DNA from: an uncultured delta proteobacterium
Lineage (GTDB): Bacteria > Myxococcota_A > Polyangia > Polyangiales > CAVUEK01
Reading direction: 5' to 3'
Assembly (NCBI GenBank): GCA_963740495.1
Contig: CAVUEK010000004.1
Coordinates: 50,876 to 114,875 of the forward strand
Length of the DNA stretch: 64,000 nt
The translations under genes and the position numbers were made by a program. A model generated the notes under the pieces. The model was not told where the DNA came from and did not search any database. It saw only the letters and a list, made by a program, of their open reading frames with translations. This document shows, one piece after another, positions 17,380 to 28,679 of this stretch. The first letter of the stretch is position 1; each line of letters opens with the position of its first letter.

Positions 17380-18057
17380 TCAGGCCCGGGCTTCGATCAT
17401 GTTCGCGATGCGGTAGAGCAGCAAGGCCGTGCCGAGCAGGATCGAGCGCTTCATGCGGACGAGCTCGCGCTTGGCTTCGGCTCGACCCGGCGGTGCGAGG
17501 CTAGCGCGCACATCTCTCGCGACGCCTGCGAGCGCAGGCGGCACGATCGAGCGGCGGATGCCAATCGAAGCCAGGTCGACCTTGTACGCTTCGTCGTAAT
17601 CGATCTCCTCGAGGGGTAGCTCCACCGTCTCGAGCGCCGTCAGCACGGGCGGCATCGAGGCTCGCGCCTGGCGCGGCATGGGCGGAGGCGGCGGCATCTT
17701 GCTGACGACCGGCGTCGGATCGGGCCGCGGCAGCGGCGGGGCGCTGCGGCGCTGGATGGGGCGGGTGCCGCTCTCGTCGGCGCTCCGGGCGGGCGCGGCC
17801 GCGGGGGTCTTCTTCGCGAGCGCCGACAGTGGCATCCGGGCCTTGGGAGGCATCGAGGGCGCCGACGGGCGGTAGCTCGACCGGGGGGCGATCTCGCGGA
17901 TGTCGCTCGTCGCGGCCGCCCTCACGGTGCCGAAGGGCGCGGTGTTCTCGCGGCGGCGCACCGGAACGCTCCTCGGACCGTCGCGATCGGCGGGGGGCTC
18001 CGTCGCGGCATCGAACGGACGGGTCGACTCACGTCGGGCAGCGGCTTGGGGGGGCAT
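17380..18057 (-). CDS. hypothetical proline-rich, tail-anchored protein
   Basis: ATG at 18057 with GAGGAG 5 nt upstream. Pro/Ala/Arg-rich low-complexity body and a C-terminal hydrophobic helix (SILLGTALLLYRIANMI). No family recognised. Confidence 0.5.
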   Translation of the reverse strand: MPPQAAARRESTRPFDAATEPPADRDGPRSVPVRRRENTAPFGTVRAAATSDIREIAPRSSYRPSAPSMPPKARMPLSALAKKTPAAAPARSADESGTRPIQRRSAPPLPRPDPTPVVSKMPPPPPMPRQARASMPPVLTALETVELPLEEIDYDEAYKVDLASIGIRRSIVPPALAGVARDVRASLAPPGRAEAKRELVRMKRSILLGTALLLYRIANMIEARA

Positions 18058-18312
18058 GGCGACTCCTCGCTGTGAGGCAACGCAACACATGTGCCACGCC
18101 CGAGAAGGTCAGTAACCGCGGGGATCTGGCCATCCGACCCCAGCGCGCCGGAGCGAGGAGCGCTCCGCGCTCCTCCGGGGTGGTGGCTTCGGTCGCCAGC
18201 GCAGCCAGGCCGAACGAGCGTCCGTGCGCAAACCGCGTTTTGCAAGATGCACGCGGCGGCGTTCTGGGTAAGGTTCGCCCCGCGCGGGTCGGACCCGCGC
18301 CTCGGAGGGGAC

Positions 18313-19968
18313 ATGCGCTCAGGGTCGATCGCTAGCTTGTTCGCCGCGGCTGTCGTCACGGCAGTCGTGCCCGGCATCGCGCACGCGGGTGGCTTCGAGC
18401 TACCAGGCGCGGGCGCGCGGGGGCTCGGGCGCGGCGGTGCGTTCTACGCACGCGCCGACGATCCGAGCGCGCTCCTCTACAACCCGGCGAACCTCTCCGC
18501 GATGGGGGGGAACCAGGTCTATCTGACGGGCGGGCTCGCGTGGTTCGACGCGTGCTACCAGCGCGTGTCGGAGCCGACGAACACGTACAACGACCCGAGC
18601 CTCGGCGCGACGGCCGATTCGTACTTCGGATCGACGACGAGCACGGGCGGCTTTCTCGATCAGACGTGGCCGCGGCAGTGCAACAGCGGCGGGCCCGGAC
18701 CGCTTCTGTCGCTCGCGGCGTCGTTCGAGCTCATGCCGACGCTCGGGTTGGCGATCGGGCTGATCGCGCCGAACGGCGTCGGGCACAGCGCCTGGGCCGA
18801 CGACACGGACTTCGGGACGGTGAACGGGCCGACGGGAGAGCTGCCGCCGCCGGGGCGGTACCTCTTGCTCACGCAGAACCAGCTCGTTCTCTACCCGTCG
18901 ATCGGGGTCGGCTGGTCGCCCGTCAACTGGTTCCGCTTCGGCGCCACGTTCCAGTGGGGGATGTCGGTCCTGAACTTCACGAGCCAGACGGTGGCAGCGC
19001 CCGGCGAAGGGCCCGCCGGGGACGTGCGCGGCCGCCTCGACGCGCACGACCTGTTCGTGCCGGGGGTCATCGCGTCGGTGCAGTTCGTGCCGCACGACAA
19101 CCTCGACGTCATGCTCGGCTTCCGCTGGAGCGACGCGGTGCATGCGGGGATGGAGTCGCTCTTGACGTACGGGTGGTACGGGGTCGGAAGCGAGGACGGA
19201 ACGGCCGCCGGGACGGTGCCGACGGTGACGCGGCTGGACGGGGGGACGCTCGACGTCGGTCAGCCCTACTCGTTTCAGGTCGGCGTGCGATACGCGCAGC
19301 GCATCACGCCTCGGCCCCGCGACCCGTCGCAGGTCGAGCGGCTGAGCGGGCGCATCGAGGACTCGATGTCGAACGAGTGGTTCGACATCGAGCTGGACGC
19401 CGTCTACGAGCGCAACTCGCAGGTCGGCGACGTCACGGCGCGACTGCCCGAGGGCGCGGCGCTCGCGACGCGCGACTCGGCGGGGAACGGAGTTGCGCCG
19501 TCGTCGGTCGACATCCTGCTCCCGCGCGACATCGTCCTACCGCATCAGTGGAACGACCAGCTGTCGCTGCGGCTCGGTGGCGACTGGAACCCGATCCCTG
19601 GCCTCTTGTCCCTGCGGCTCGGCGCGTCGCTCGAGAGCAGCGCGTACGACGGGATGTTCACGGGACGGGACGCGAAGCGGTACGTGAACCTCGACTTCAT
19701 TCCCGCCGGGCGCCTCGGGATCCACGGTGGCCTCACGGTGCGGCTCGGCCGCTTCGACGTGAGCCTCGCGTACGCGCACTTCTTCCAGGAGACGGTCGAG
19801 ATCGGGCCGGCGAGCGCCCAGTGCGTGAGCATGAACGTGTGCTCGCCGGACGAGGCTCAGATCCGCCAGATCTCCGCGACGAGCCAGTCGACCGCCAACA
19901 TCGTCAACGCAGGCAAGTACGAGGTCGACTACGATCTCTTGGCGCTCGCCGTGGATTGGCACATCTAG
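18313..19968 (+). CDS. outer-membrane transport protein, OMPP1/FadL/TodX family
   Basis: ATG at 18313 after GGAGGGG. Signal peptide ending in AHA, then GGFELPGAGARGLGRGGAFYARADDPSALLYNPANL, the characteristic FadL-family N-terminus. Beta-strand-rich with an aromatic C-terminal residue pattern (LAVDWHI). Confidence 0.8.
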   Translation: MRSGSIASLFAAAVVTAVVPGIAHAGGFELPGAGARGLGRGGAFYARADDPSALLYNPANLSAMGGNQVYLTGGLAWFDACYQRVSEPTNTYNDPSLGATADSYFGSTTSTGGFLDQTWPRQCNSGGPGPLLSLAASFELMPTLGLAIGLIAPNGVGHSAWADDTDFGTVNGPTGELPPPGRYLLLTQNQLVLYPSIGVGWSPVNWFRFGATFQWGMSVLNFTSQTVAAPGEGPAGDVRGRLDAHDLFVPGVIASVQFVPHDNLDVMLGFRWSDAVHAGMESLLTYGWYGVGSEDGTAAGTVPTVTRLDGGTLDVGQPYSFQVGVRYAQRITPRPRDPSQVERLSGRIEDSMSNEWFDIELDAVYERNSQVGDVTARLPEGAALATRDSAGNGVAPSSVDILLPRDIVLPHQWNDQLSLRLGGDWNPIPGLLSLRLGASLESSAYDGMFTGRDAKRYVNLDFIPAGRLGIHGGLTVRLGRFDVSLAYAHFFQETVEIGPASAQCVSMNVCSPDEAQIRQISATSQSTANIVNAGKYEVDYDLLALAVDWHI

Positions 19969-19998
19969 GAACGTGCGGGTCGCACGCCGAAGGCGGAC

Positions 19999-22233
19999 GT
20001 GAGGATCCGGATCATCGGGGGCGGGCCCGCGGGGCTCTATCTCGCGATCCTGATGAAGAAGCAGGATCCGACGCGCGAGATCACGTTGTACGAGCGCAAC
20101 GCGCCGGACGACACCTTCGGGTGGGGCGTGGTCTTCTCGGACAGGACTCAGTCGCAGCTGCGCGACGCGGACGCGGAATCGCATCGAGCGATCACCGAGA
20201 CCTTCGCGACGTGGGACGACATCGACGTCCACTTTCGCGGCGAGGTGTATCGCTCGACCGGCCACGGATTCTGCGGGCTCTCACGGAAGCGGATGCTGCT
20301 CATCCTGCAGGACCGTGCGCGCGAGCTCGGCGTGACGCTGGAATTTCGGCACGACGTCGTGGACGTCGAGGCGCTGCGTGACTGCGACCTCCTGGTCGCT
20401 GCCGACGGGATCAACTCGCGAGTGCGGGCGCTCTACGAGGGCGCATTTCGGCCAACGCTCGATGTGCGGCCCAACCGCTACACCTGGCTCGGGACGCACC
20501 AGCAGCTCGGGGCGTTCACGTTCAGCCTGCGTGAGGATGGCGCGGGCCTGTGGATCGTGCACGCATATCAGTTCGAGCCGGAGACGAGCACCTTCATCGT
20601 CGAGACCGACCCGGAGACGTTCGCGCGCTCGGGCCTCCGCGAGGACGACGAGGCCGGGACGATCGCGTACTGCGAAGGCCTCTTTTCGGACGAGCTCGGC
20701 GGGCACGCTCTTCTCGCGAATCGCTCGCAATGGATCCAGTTCCGGACCGTGAAGAACGCGCGGTGGCGTCACGAGAACGTGGTGCTGATCGGCGATGCCG
20801 CCCACACGGCCCACTTCTCGATCGGCTCGGGGACGAAGCTCGCGATGGAGGACGCGATCGCGCTCGCGGCGTCGTTCCGGTCGACCGTGGACGTCGATGC
20901 GGCGCTCGACGCGTACGAGCGCGAGCGCCGGCCGGCGGTGGAGAGCCTGCAGCGCGCGGCGCAGTCGAGCCTGGAATGGTTCGAGAACGCGCGACGGCAC
21001 GTGCGCCTTCCGCCGGAGCGAATGGTCTTCAGCATGATGACGCGGTCCCTCCGGGTGACGTACGACAATCTCGCGATGCGCGACCCGGCGTACGTGGAGT
21101 CCGTCGATCGGGAGTATCTCGGCGAGCTCGGTGTCCGGAGCGACGACGTGGTCCCGCCGATGTTCACGCCGTTCACGGTACGCGGGCTGACCCTGGCGAA
21201 CCGCGTCGTCGTCTCGCCGATGTGCCAGTACTCGGCGGTCGACGGGATGCCGAACGACTGGCATCTGGTGCACCTCGGGAGCCGTGCGCTCGGCGGCGCG
21301 GGGCTCGTGATGAGCGAGATGACCGACGTGAGCGCGGAGGGCCGCATCTCGGTCGGCTGCGCAGGGATGTACGATGAGCGCCACGTCGAGGGCTGGGCCC
21401 GCATAGTCGAGCTCGTCCACGGGGCGTCGGGAGCGAAGATCGGGATGCAGCTCGGTCACGCCGGTCGGAAGGGCGCGACCAAGCGAATGTGGGAGGGCGA
21501 CAACGAGCCGCTCGAGGACGGCGCGTGGCCGCTCCTCGGGCCGTCTCCGATCGCGTGGAGCGCCCGGCACCAAGTGCCGCGCGAGATGAGCCGCGAGGAC
21601 ATGACGCGCGTCCGGGACGAGCACGTGCGCGCGGCGCGAATGGCGGAGCGCGCGGGCTTCGACCTGCTCGAGCTCCACATGGCGCACGGCTACCTGCTCT
21701 CGAGCTTCCTCTCGCCCTTGTCGAACGTTCGGGCCGACGAGTACGGCGGGTCGCTCGAGAATCGCGCGCGCTACCCGCTCGAGGTGATCGACGCGGTTCG
21801 CGACGTCTGGAGCGAAAAGCCGCTCTCGGTGCGCATCAGCGCGACCGATTGGGTGGCCGGTGGGTTCGACGTCGACGACGCCGTGGCGTTCGGGGTGATG
21901 ATGAAGGCGCACGGGGTCGATCTCGTCGACGTCTCGGCCGGACAGACGTCGGCCGAAGCGCGCCCCGTGTACGGGCGGGCGTTCCAGACCCCGTTCGCGG
22001 AGCGGATTCGAAACGAGGTCGGGATTCCGACGATCGCCGTGGGCAACATCAGCACGTATGACGACGTGAACACGATCGTTCTGGCCGGTCGCGCCGACCT
22101 CGTGGCGCTCGCGCGCGCTCACCTCGCCGATCCGTATTTCACGCTCCACGCGGCGCGCGAGCAGGGCTACGACGCGCAGCCCTGGCCCGTCCAGTACGAG
22201 AGTGCGCGGCGGCTTCGCTTCCTCGTCAAGTAG
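19999..22233 (+). CDS. bifunctional FAD monooxygenase / old-yellow-enzyme-type reductase (salicylyl-CoA 5-hydroxylase or 2-aminobenzoyl-CoA monooxygenase/reductase-like)
   Basis: N-terminal [17 protein letters not shown]...[22 protein letters not shown] is a flavoprotein hydroxylase. C-terminal VVSPMCQYS...[12 protein letters not shown]...QLGHAGRKG...[38 protein letters not shown] is an OYE-type NADH:flavin oxidoreductase. Intact 744-aa frame. Confidence 0.85.
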   Translation: MRIRIIGGGPAGLYLAILMKKQDPTREITLYERNAPDDTFGWGVVFSDRTQSQLRDADAESHRAITETFATWDDIDVHFRGEVYRSTGHGFCGLSRKRMLLILQDRARELGVTLEFRHDVVDVEALRDCDLLVAADGINSRVRALYEGAFRPTLDVRPNRYTWLGTHQQLGAFTFSLREDGAGLWIVHAYQFEPETSTFIVETDPETFARSGLREDDEAGTIAYCEGLFSDELGGHALLANRSQWIQFRTVKNARWRHENVVLIGDAAHTAHFSIGSGTKLAMEDAIALAASFRSTVDVDAALDAYERERRPAVESLQRAAQSSLEWFENARRHVRLPPERMVFSMMTRSLRVTYDNLAMRDPAYVESVDREYLGELGVRSDDVVPPMFTPFTVRGLTLANRVVVSPMCQYSAVDGMPNDWHLVHLGSRALGGAGLVMSEMTDVSAEGRISVGCAGMYDERHVEGWARIVELVHGASGAKIGMQLGHAGRKGATKRMWEGDNEPLEDGAWPLLGPSPIAWSARHQVPREMSREDMTRVRDEHVRAARMAERAGFDLLELHMAHGYLLSSFLSPLSNVRADEYGGSLENRARYPLEVIDAVRDVWSEKPLSVRISATDWVAGGFDVDDAVAFGVMMKAHGVDLVDVSAGQTSAEARPVYGRAFQTPFAERIRNEVGIPTIAVGNISTYDDVNTIVLAGRADLVALARAHLADPYFTLHAAREQGYDAQPWPVQYESARRLRFLVK

Positions 22234-22237
22234 CGCC

Positions 22238-23801
22238 GTGGCGACTAGTCCCATCGTCGAGCTCGCGGACCGCCGCGTCTCCGCGCGGCGCGCGAGCATC
22301 GTGTACGCAGTGCTCTTGACGGCGTTCGCGTCGAGCGCGAACTGGCTCGCACATGCGATCTACGAAACGTTCGACCGACCGCCGCTCGCACTGTCGCTCC
22401 TTCGCGAGCACGCGGACCCGGAACCGCCGCCTTCGACCGGCATCCGGCCCGCGATCTTCGTCTTGATCGACGGAATGCGCCTCGACGAGTCGCGCGGGCT
22501 CCCCGCCGTGACCCGCGCGGTGCGTGAAGGGCTCTCCGCGACGGTGGAGCTCCCGCTTCCCACGCTGTCGCGACCCTACTACCACGCGGCGCTCACGGGC
22601 GTGCCGCCCGACGGCAGTGGGGTGCGCCGCAACCGGGAGGGGCAGCGCGCCGTCCTCGACTCGCTCGCCGATCGCGTCCGGGCCGCGGGAGGTGACGTGG
22701 CGTTCTACTGCGAGGGTCTCGACTGGATGCCGGTGATGCACGGCGCGCGCGGCGACGAGGTGCACGTCGGCGAGGACGCGTTGGGCGCGCCGCTCGATGC
22801 GATGCTGGAGGGTCTGCGCGAGCTCGACATGCCCTCGCTCACAATCGTGCACGCGCTCGGCGTCGACGAGACCGCGCACGCGGGTGGCATCCACACCGCG
22901 GCGCATCAGCGCGCGCTCGCGGCGGCGGACGACGTGGTGGCGCGCGTGCTCGCGGCGAACGAAGGGCGCGCGTTGCTGGTCGTCGTCAGCGACCACGGGC
23001 ACATCGAGCTCGGTGGCCACGGCGGGCCGGAGCCCGAGGTGCGGCGGGTGCCGTTCGCGCTCTCGGGGCTCGGTGTGCCCACCGTCGCGCTGTCACGGAC
23101 GATGCGTGTCGAAGAGAATCGCGCCGACGATGGCCGCGTGGATGGGCGTCGCGGCCCCGCGCACCGCCGTAGCCACGGTGCCACGCGAGCTGTCGCCTCG
23201 CGGTTACGTCGCGCCGCCGGGTGTGGCGGGCCGGGCGCGGGCGCTGGCGATCGCGACAGCCGCCGATCTCCAGGCGCTCGGTCGCGTGCGCGGGCTCTCG
23301 CTCGGTATTCTCGCGCTCGTCGCGTTGGCGGCTCTCGGCGCCACCAAGCGCGCCTTCTCCGGGTTCGACGCGTCGACCTTCGTCGGGCCGGTGCTCTTCC
23401 TCGGGTGGATCTACGCCGCGCACCTCTGGGCGCTCGAGCGGCCGTTCTCCCTCTCCGCGCTCGACGACGCGAGTCGGCAAGGCGCGCGGCTCGTCGTCCT
23501 CGGTGCGGTGTGCGCCGCGCTCGCCATCGCGGTGGCGGCCGTGGCGGCGCGGCGGAGCCCTCGGTCGTTCGTGGTGCCTCTTCGGCGTGGGGCCGCCGCG
23601 ATCGGGTGGGTCGCGATCGTCCAGGCGGCGGGGCTCGTCGCGTGGGTCGGAGAGAGCCTCGGTCCCTGGCCGGTCTCGGGCTTCGCCGCGTATGCGCCGA
23701 CGTTCGGGTTGGCGACCGGGGCGGGCGCGGCGGCCATCGCCGCGGTGGTGCTCGGGATCTCCGCGCTCTTCGCGGATCGCGCGCTCGAGCCGAGCGGGTG
23801 A
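22238..23801 (+). pseudogene. alkaline-phosphatase-superfamily (nucleotide pyrophosphatase/phosphodiesterase-like) membrane protein, one frameshift
   Basis: IDGMRLDES, LSRPYYHAALTG, GVDETAHAGG and VVVSDHGH are metal-site motifs of the superfamily. The frame changes near 23108-23115 (…MRVEE / IAPTMAAWMG…). The C-terminal third is polytopic and hydrophobic. Confidence 0.7.
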
Positions 23802-23851
23802 GCGCCACGCGCGTCTTTACGTGTTAGAAAAGGCCCCCCCGAGACCCCGAG

Positions 23852-25864
23852 GTGACTCCGATGCCCCGCGAAGAGACGCTCGACCAGCTCGCGATCGACA
23901 CGATTCGGACGCTCTCGATGGACGCCGTCCAAGCCGCGAATTCCGGGCACCCCGGGACGCCGATGGCGCTCGCTCCGCTCGGCTGGACGCTGTTCAGCCG
24001 CGTCCACCGACACGACCCCGCGCATCCCGAGTGGCCGGACCGCGATCGGTTCGTGCTGAGCTGCGGACATGCGTCGATGCTCCAGTACTCGTTGCTTCAT
24101 CTCTCGGGGTATCCGCTGCCGCTCGACGAGCTGCGTCACTTCCGTCAGTGGGACAGCCGAACGCCGGGCCACCCCGAGCACGGTCACACCGCGGGCGTCG
24201 AGACGACGACGGGACCGCTCGGCCAGGGCTTCGCGAATGCGGTCGGCATGGCGATGGCCGAGCGACACATGTCGGCGCGGTTCAACCGGCCGGGCCACGA
24301 GATCGTCGACCACCGCACGTGGGTGATCGCATCGGACGGCGACATGATGGAGGGTATCTGCGCCGAGGCGGCGTCGCTCGCCGGGCACCTGCGGCTCGGC
24401 AAGCTGACGGTGTTCTGGGATGACAATCGAATCACGATCGACGGCTCGACGGCCCTGAGCTTCAGCGAGGACGTGGTTGCGCGCTTCGCCGCGTACGGTT
24501 GGCACACCGCGAGCGTCGAGAACGGAAACGACGTCGAGGCGCTCGAGCGCGCGGCGCGCGAGGCTCTCGGAGAGGCACGGCCGAGCTTCATCCGGGTTCG
24601 GACGATCATCGGGTACCCGGCACCTCACAAACAGAACACCTCCGCGGCGCACGGCGCTCCGCTCGGCGCCGACGAGATCAGCGCGACGAAGAAGATCATG
24701 GGCTGGCCGGACGAGGCTTTCCGGGTTCCCGCGGAGATGGCGGGGGCGACCGAGGCGATCCGCGTGCGCGGCGCGGAGCTGTACCGGGCTTGGCAGGAGA
24801 AGCTCGGCGCGTATCGGCTCGAGCATCCGGCCCTCGGCGCGCAGCTCGACGGCGCCCTGGCCGGGAAGCTTCCGGACGGATGGGACGAGCGGTTGCCCGA
24901 GTTTCCGGCGGACCCGAAGGGAATGCCCACTCGCAAGGCGAGCGGGAAGCTCATCGAGTCGCTCTCCGCTCGCATCGATTCGTTCGTTGGCGGGTCGGCC
25001 GACCTCGCCGGCTCGAACGATACGAACATGAAGGGGCTCGCCGACTTTCAGGACCAGTCTGCGACGACGCCGCCGCGAAACGTGCACTTCGGGATTCGCG
25101 AGCACGCGATGGCGGGCACGTTGAACGGGATGGCGCTCCACGGTGGCGTGGTGCCGTTCGGCGCGACGTTCCTGGTCTTCAGCGACTACATGCGCCCCGC
25201 GATCCGCCTCGCGTGCCTCATGCGACTGCCCACGCGGTACGTCTTCACGCACGACTCGATCGGGCTCGGTGAGGACGGTCCGACACATCAACCGGTCGAG
25301 CATCTCGCCGCGCTGCGCGCGATCCCCGGGATGACCGTCATCCGGCCGGCCGACGCCAACGAGACGCGGGAGGCGTGGCGGGTCGCGCTCGGACGACCGA
25401 CGCCCGTCGCTCTGGTGCTGACGCGCCAGAACGTTCCGACGTTCGACCGCAGCGAGCTCTCGAGCGCGGATGGCGTGCGGCGCGGTGCGTACGTTCTCTC
25501 CGAGGCGTCCGGCGGTGAGCCGCAGGCGATCCTGATCGGCACCGGGAGCGAGGTCCAGATCGCTCTCGCGGCGCAGGGGCTGCTCGCGGCCGAGGGAGTG
25601 CGTGCGCGCGTCGTCAGCATGCCGTCGTGGGAGCTCTTCGCCGAGCAGGGGCGTGCGTATCGCGATGCGGTGCTTCCGCCGGAGGTCGCTGCGCGCGTCG
25701 TCGTCGAGGCGGGCACGCGCTTCGGATGGGAGCGTTGGGTGGGCCCGAACGCGGGGTTCGTCACGCTCGAACGGTTCGGCGCGTCGGCCCCCGCGGAGGT
25801 TCTCTTCGAGAAGCTCGGCTTCACGCCGGGCGCCGTCGCGGCCGAAGCGAAGCGACAGATCTGA
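23852..25864 (+). CDS. tkt: transketolase
   Basis: [53 protein letters not shown]...[21 protein letters not shown], and later [21 protein letters not shown]. Intact frame. The ATG at 23861, 8 nt after GAGG, is an alternative start. Confidence 0.97.
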   Translation: MTPMPREETLDQLAIDTIRTLSMDAVQAANSGHPGTPMALAPLGWTLFSRVHRHDPAHPEWPDRDRFVLSCGHASMLQYSLLHLSGYPLPLDELRHFRQWDSRTPGHPEHGHTAGVETTTGPLGQGFANAVGMAMAERHMSARFNRPGHEIVDHRTWVIASDGDMMEGICAEAASLAGHLRLGKLTVFWDDNRITIDGSTALSFSEDVVARFAAYGWHTASVENGNDVEALERAAREALGEARPSFIRVRTIIGYPAPHKQNTSAAHGAPLGADEISATKKIMGWPDEAFRVPAEMAGATEAIRVRGAELYRAWQEKLGAYRLEHPALGAQLDGALAGKLPDGWDERLPEFPADPKGMPTRKASGKLIESLSARIDSFVGGSADLAGSNDTNMKGLADFQDQSATTPPRNVHFGIREHAMAGTLNGMALHGGVVPFGATFLVFSDYMRPAIRLACLMRLPTRYVFTHDSIGLGEDGPTHQPVEHLAALRAIPGMTVIRPADANETREAWRVALGRPTPVALVLTRQNVPTFDRSELSSADGVRRGAYVLSEASGGEPQAILIGTGSEVQIALAAQGLLAAEGVRARVVSMPSWELFAEQGRAYRDAVLPPEVAARVVVEAGTRFGWERWVGPNAGFVTLERFGASAPAEVLFEKLGFTPGAVAAEAKRQI

Positions 25865-25867
25865 CCG

Positions 25868-27543
25868 TCAGCCCGCGCGGTGCTCGATCTCGGGCGGCGC
25901 CTTGAAGAACGCGTTGTGCGCGGGATCGTTGTAGCGCTCGTAGTCGATCGGCCCACGGCGTGGCTCGATCGTCGCCGTCCGTGCAGTCGATCGTGAGCGC
26001 CATCGGCGTCACCTCGCGGTAGCTCGAGTCCTCGGGCAGGTCGTCGTTCGTCTCGCCGCCCGGCGGAGAAGAGCGTCATGAGCAGCGACGTGCCCGTCGT
26101 CGTAGATGCGCTTGAAGCCCTCGTCGACCTTCTCGTGGCCGCGCACCAGCGTGTGGCAGCCGATGCGCTGCAGGAACGCGTGCGGACTGCAGCCGCCCGA
26201 ACGGGAAGCGCGCCGACTGCTCCTGCAGGTCCGCGGGGATCGACGTCCAGCGGCTCGAGGGTCGCTCCACATCATCTGGAAGCGGAGGTCCGGATCGTTG
26301 AGCTGCGAGAGGTCCTTCCAGTGCTCCTTGAGCAGGCGGTCGCGCGGGATGCCGCCGTGCACGAACAGCGACGCCGTCGAAGAGCGAGCATGTTCGGCAG
26401 CGCGTCGAACAGGCTCATGTAGCTGCTCGAACACCTCGATCGGCAGGTGGGGCTTGAGCGTGTTGATCGCCTCGGCCGGCTTGACGCCGCCGTAGATCTG
26501 GCCCTTGTACTCGAGGTAGTACTCGTGGTTGCCGCGCAGCACGTAGACGTGCTCGGGCGCGGTCGCTAGGAGCTGCAGCACCGTGCGCAGCACGCCGTTG
26601 TAGCTGAAATGCCCGCGGTCGATGTAGTCGCCGAGCAGGACGAGCTTCGGCTCCGGGGCGTGCTCGTCGGGTCGGCGCGGAACGCCTCGCACCTTGTCGA
26701 AGAAGCGCGACTGCATGACGGCGCGCCTTGAGGCAGCTGTAGCAGCCGTGCAGATCGCCGAGCACGGTGAGCTCGTATCGGCGGCCGGGCTTCGGCGGGA
26801 GCACGTAGACGTGACCCGTCGAGGAACGGGTCGCTCGCCCGCGAGCTCCGCGACGCTCTTGCTTGCCGGTCGAGCTTGCCCGCTGCCGCGCGCGCGCTGC
26901 GCCGTCGAGCAGCTGCGATCGACGCGGTCGATCAGCGCGAGGTCGGCCGTCACCTGCTTCTCGGATCGCTCGGGGTCGCGCGAGTAGTGGTGCTCGAACT
27001 GCTCGAAGAACGGATGCGTTTCGCGCGCCGGGCTGCATCTCGAGCGTCGTGCGCGGCTCGAGCTCGATCGACGGTCGCTCGTGCTCGACGAGCTCGATGC
27101 CGAGGTCCGCTGTCGAGCAGCGCGCGCGAGCTCGGCGCGGAACTTCACCTCGGCGGGGTGCACTTCGCCGTCGGCGTTGATCAGCTCGTCGATCGTCTCC
27201 AGCAGCTGCCTCCTGGCTCGGCGCGTCGAAGCCCTGGAAGATCTCGAAGCAGCGCAGCTTGAGCTTCGCGTGGACGAACTCGTCCTGGTCCTCGTCGTTC
27301 GCGACCGCCTCGGTGAAGAGCTCCTTGACGTGACGGTCGATTCCCTCGAACACCTCGTGGAAGTGCGTCGTGAACTTGGTCGACGAGCTCGGCGCTGAGC
27401 TTCGGCGCGGCGTCGGGCATCCCGGTGCCGACCCGCTGCTCGACGAGCGTCTGGATGTATCGCGGACGAACTTCTTCTCGCGAGTCGTCGAAGTCGCCGT
27501 CGATGTACCCGAACGTGGTCAGGTAGAAGATGATCGCGTGCAT
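25868..27543 (-). pseudogene. TerB-like domain fused to a PPP-family Ser/Thr phosphatase (metallophosphoesterase), at least 6 frame changes
   Basis: N-terminal FGYIDGDFDDS.E and INADGEVHPAEVKFRAEL are TerB-type DG....E repeats. The phosphatase motifs are LTVLGDLHGCY, LLGDYIDRGHFS, LRGNHEYY and LFVHGGIP, then ...CHTLVRGHEKVDEGFKRIYDDG. The pieces are spread over all three minus frames. The true start may be the ATG near 27590. Confidence 0.7.
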
Positions 27544-27764
27544 CTGCTGCTCGGCGACCTGCGGTTCCTTGGACTGAAGCTCAACATGGGCGCAGATGAT
27601 AGGTCACCCTGGCCCCGGTCGGGGAGACCGTCGTGTGGGCGATGACGCACATCGATTCGGAGCTGGCGAAACGCGCCACCGTGATTAGAATCGAGGTCGA
27701 AGTGTCGCGCGCCCCCGCCACCGTGGACCGAGCCGCGAACGTCGCCGAGGAAGCCCGCCGCCGC

Positions 27765-28660
27765 ATGCCGGCCGAGGCGCGTCCGAAGGGCATCGCGCTC
27801 CGGCGTTTCGCCGGGCCGGTCGAGCACACCGAGAAGCTCGAGCATCTTCGCGTCGCTCACCTGACCGATCTGCACGTCGGGCGCGTCACCCCGATGCGCG
27901 TGCAACACGCAGCGGTCGACCTGACGAACGCGGAGCAGCCGGATCTCGTCGTGATCACGGGCGACTTCGTATGCCACAGCCAGCTCTACCTCGACGAGCT
28001 CGAGGAGGTGATCGGCCGGTTCGAGGCGCCGGTCGTCGGCGTGCTCGGGAATCACGATCTACTGGTCGGGCGCGGACGAGGTGCGACGAGCGCTTCACCG
28101 GGGCGGCGCCGAGGTGCTCGACAACGCGGGACAACGTCATCACGCTGCGGCACCAGCCCCTGCAGCTCGTCGGTCTCGACGACGCGTACACGGGTCACGC
28201 GTCGCGCGAGCGCGCGGTGAAGGGCCTTCGGCACGACATGCCGACGATCGGGCTCTCGCACATCGCGGAGGAGGCGGATGGTCTCTGGCGCGAGGGGGTG
28301 CCGCTCGTTCTCGCGGGCCACACGCACGCGGGGCAGGTGACGCTGACGCGCATTCACGAGCTGGCGATCGGCAGGATCGCGGGGCACAAGTACGTACATG
28401 GTCTCTACGGCACGCGTGCCCGAGCCGGGCCGACGAGTGGCGCGGTCTACGTGGGCGCGGGCATCGGCGCGGCGGTCGTTCCGCTGCGAATGGGCGACCG
28501 AGGGCAGCGCGAGGTCGCGATCTTCGAGCTCGGCCACGAGATCGGTGCGTACGAGGAGCACCACGACGAGCAGGTCGCGCTGCGCGGGCGCAAGCCGTCT
28601 CAGCGGAAGCAATACAAGCGCGCGATGGCGCTCGCGAAGAGGGACTGGAAGCGAGATTGA
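27765..28660 (+). pseudogene. calcineurin-like metallophosphoesterase, two frameshifts; start uncertain
   Basis: LRVAHLTDLHVG, VVITGDFV, VLGNHD, then (after shifts near 28060 and 28130) LVGLDDAY and LVLAGHTHAGQ. The track ORFs 27633-28220 and 27971-28660 are the two main pieces. The ATG at 27765 is preferred over 27633. Confidence 0.75.
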
Positions 28661-28679
28661 CGGCGAACGCCGCGGTGAG

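Noticed and set aside
20281-25303. Antisense giants 20281-22299 (-) and 23411-25303 (-). The same applies to 38604-40433 (-), 48361-50427 (-) and 51210-53072 (+) elsewhere.
   Set aside because: Each lies opposite a confidently identified intact or reconstructable gene: the aryl-CoA hydroxylase fusion, tkt, the metallophosphoesterase, ABC-F and ppk1. Each shows Arg/Glu/Val-rich mirror-frame composition with no recognisable motifs.
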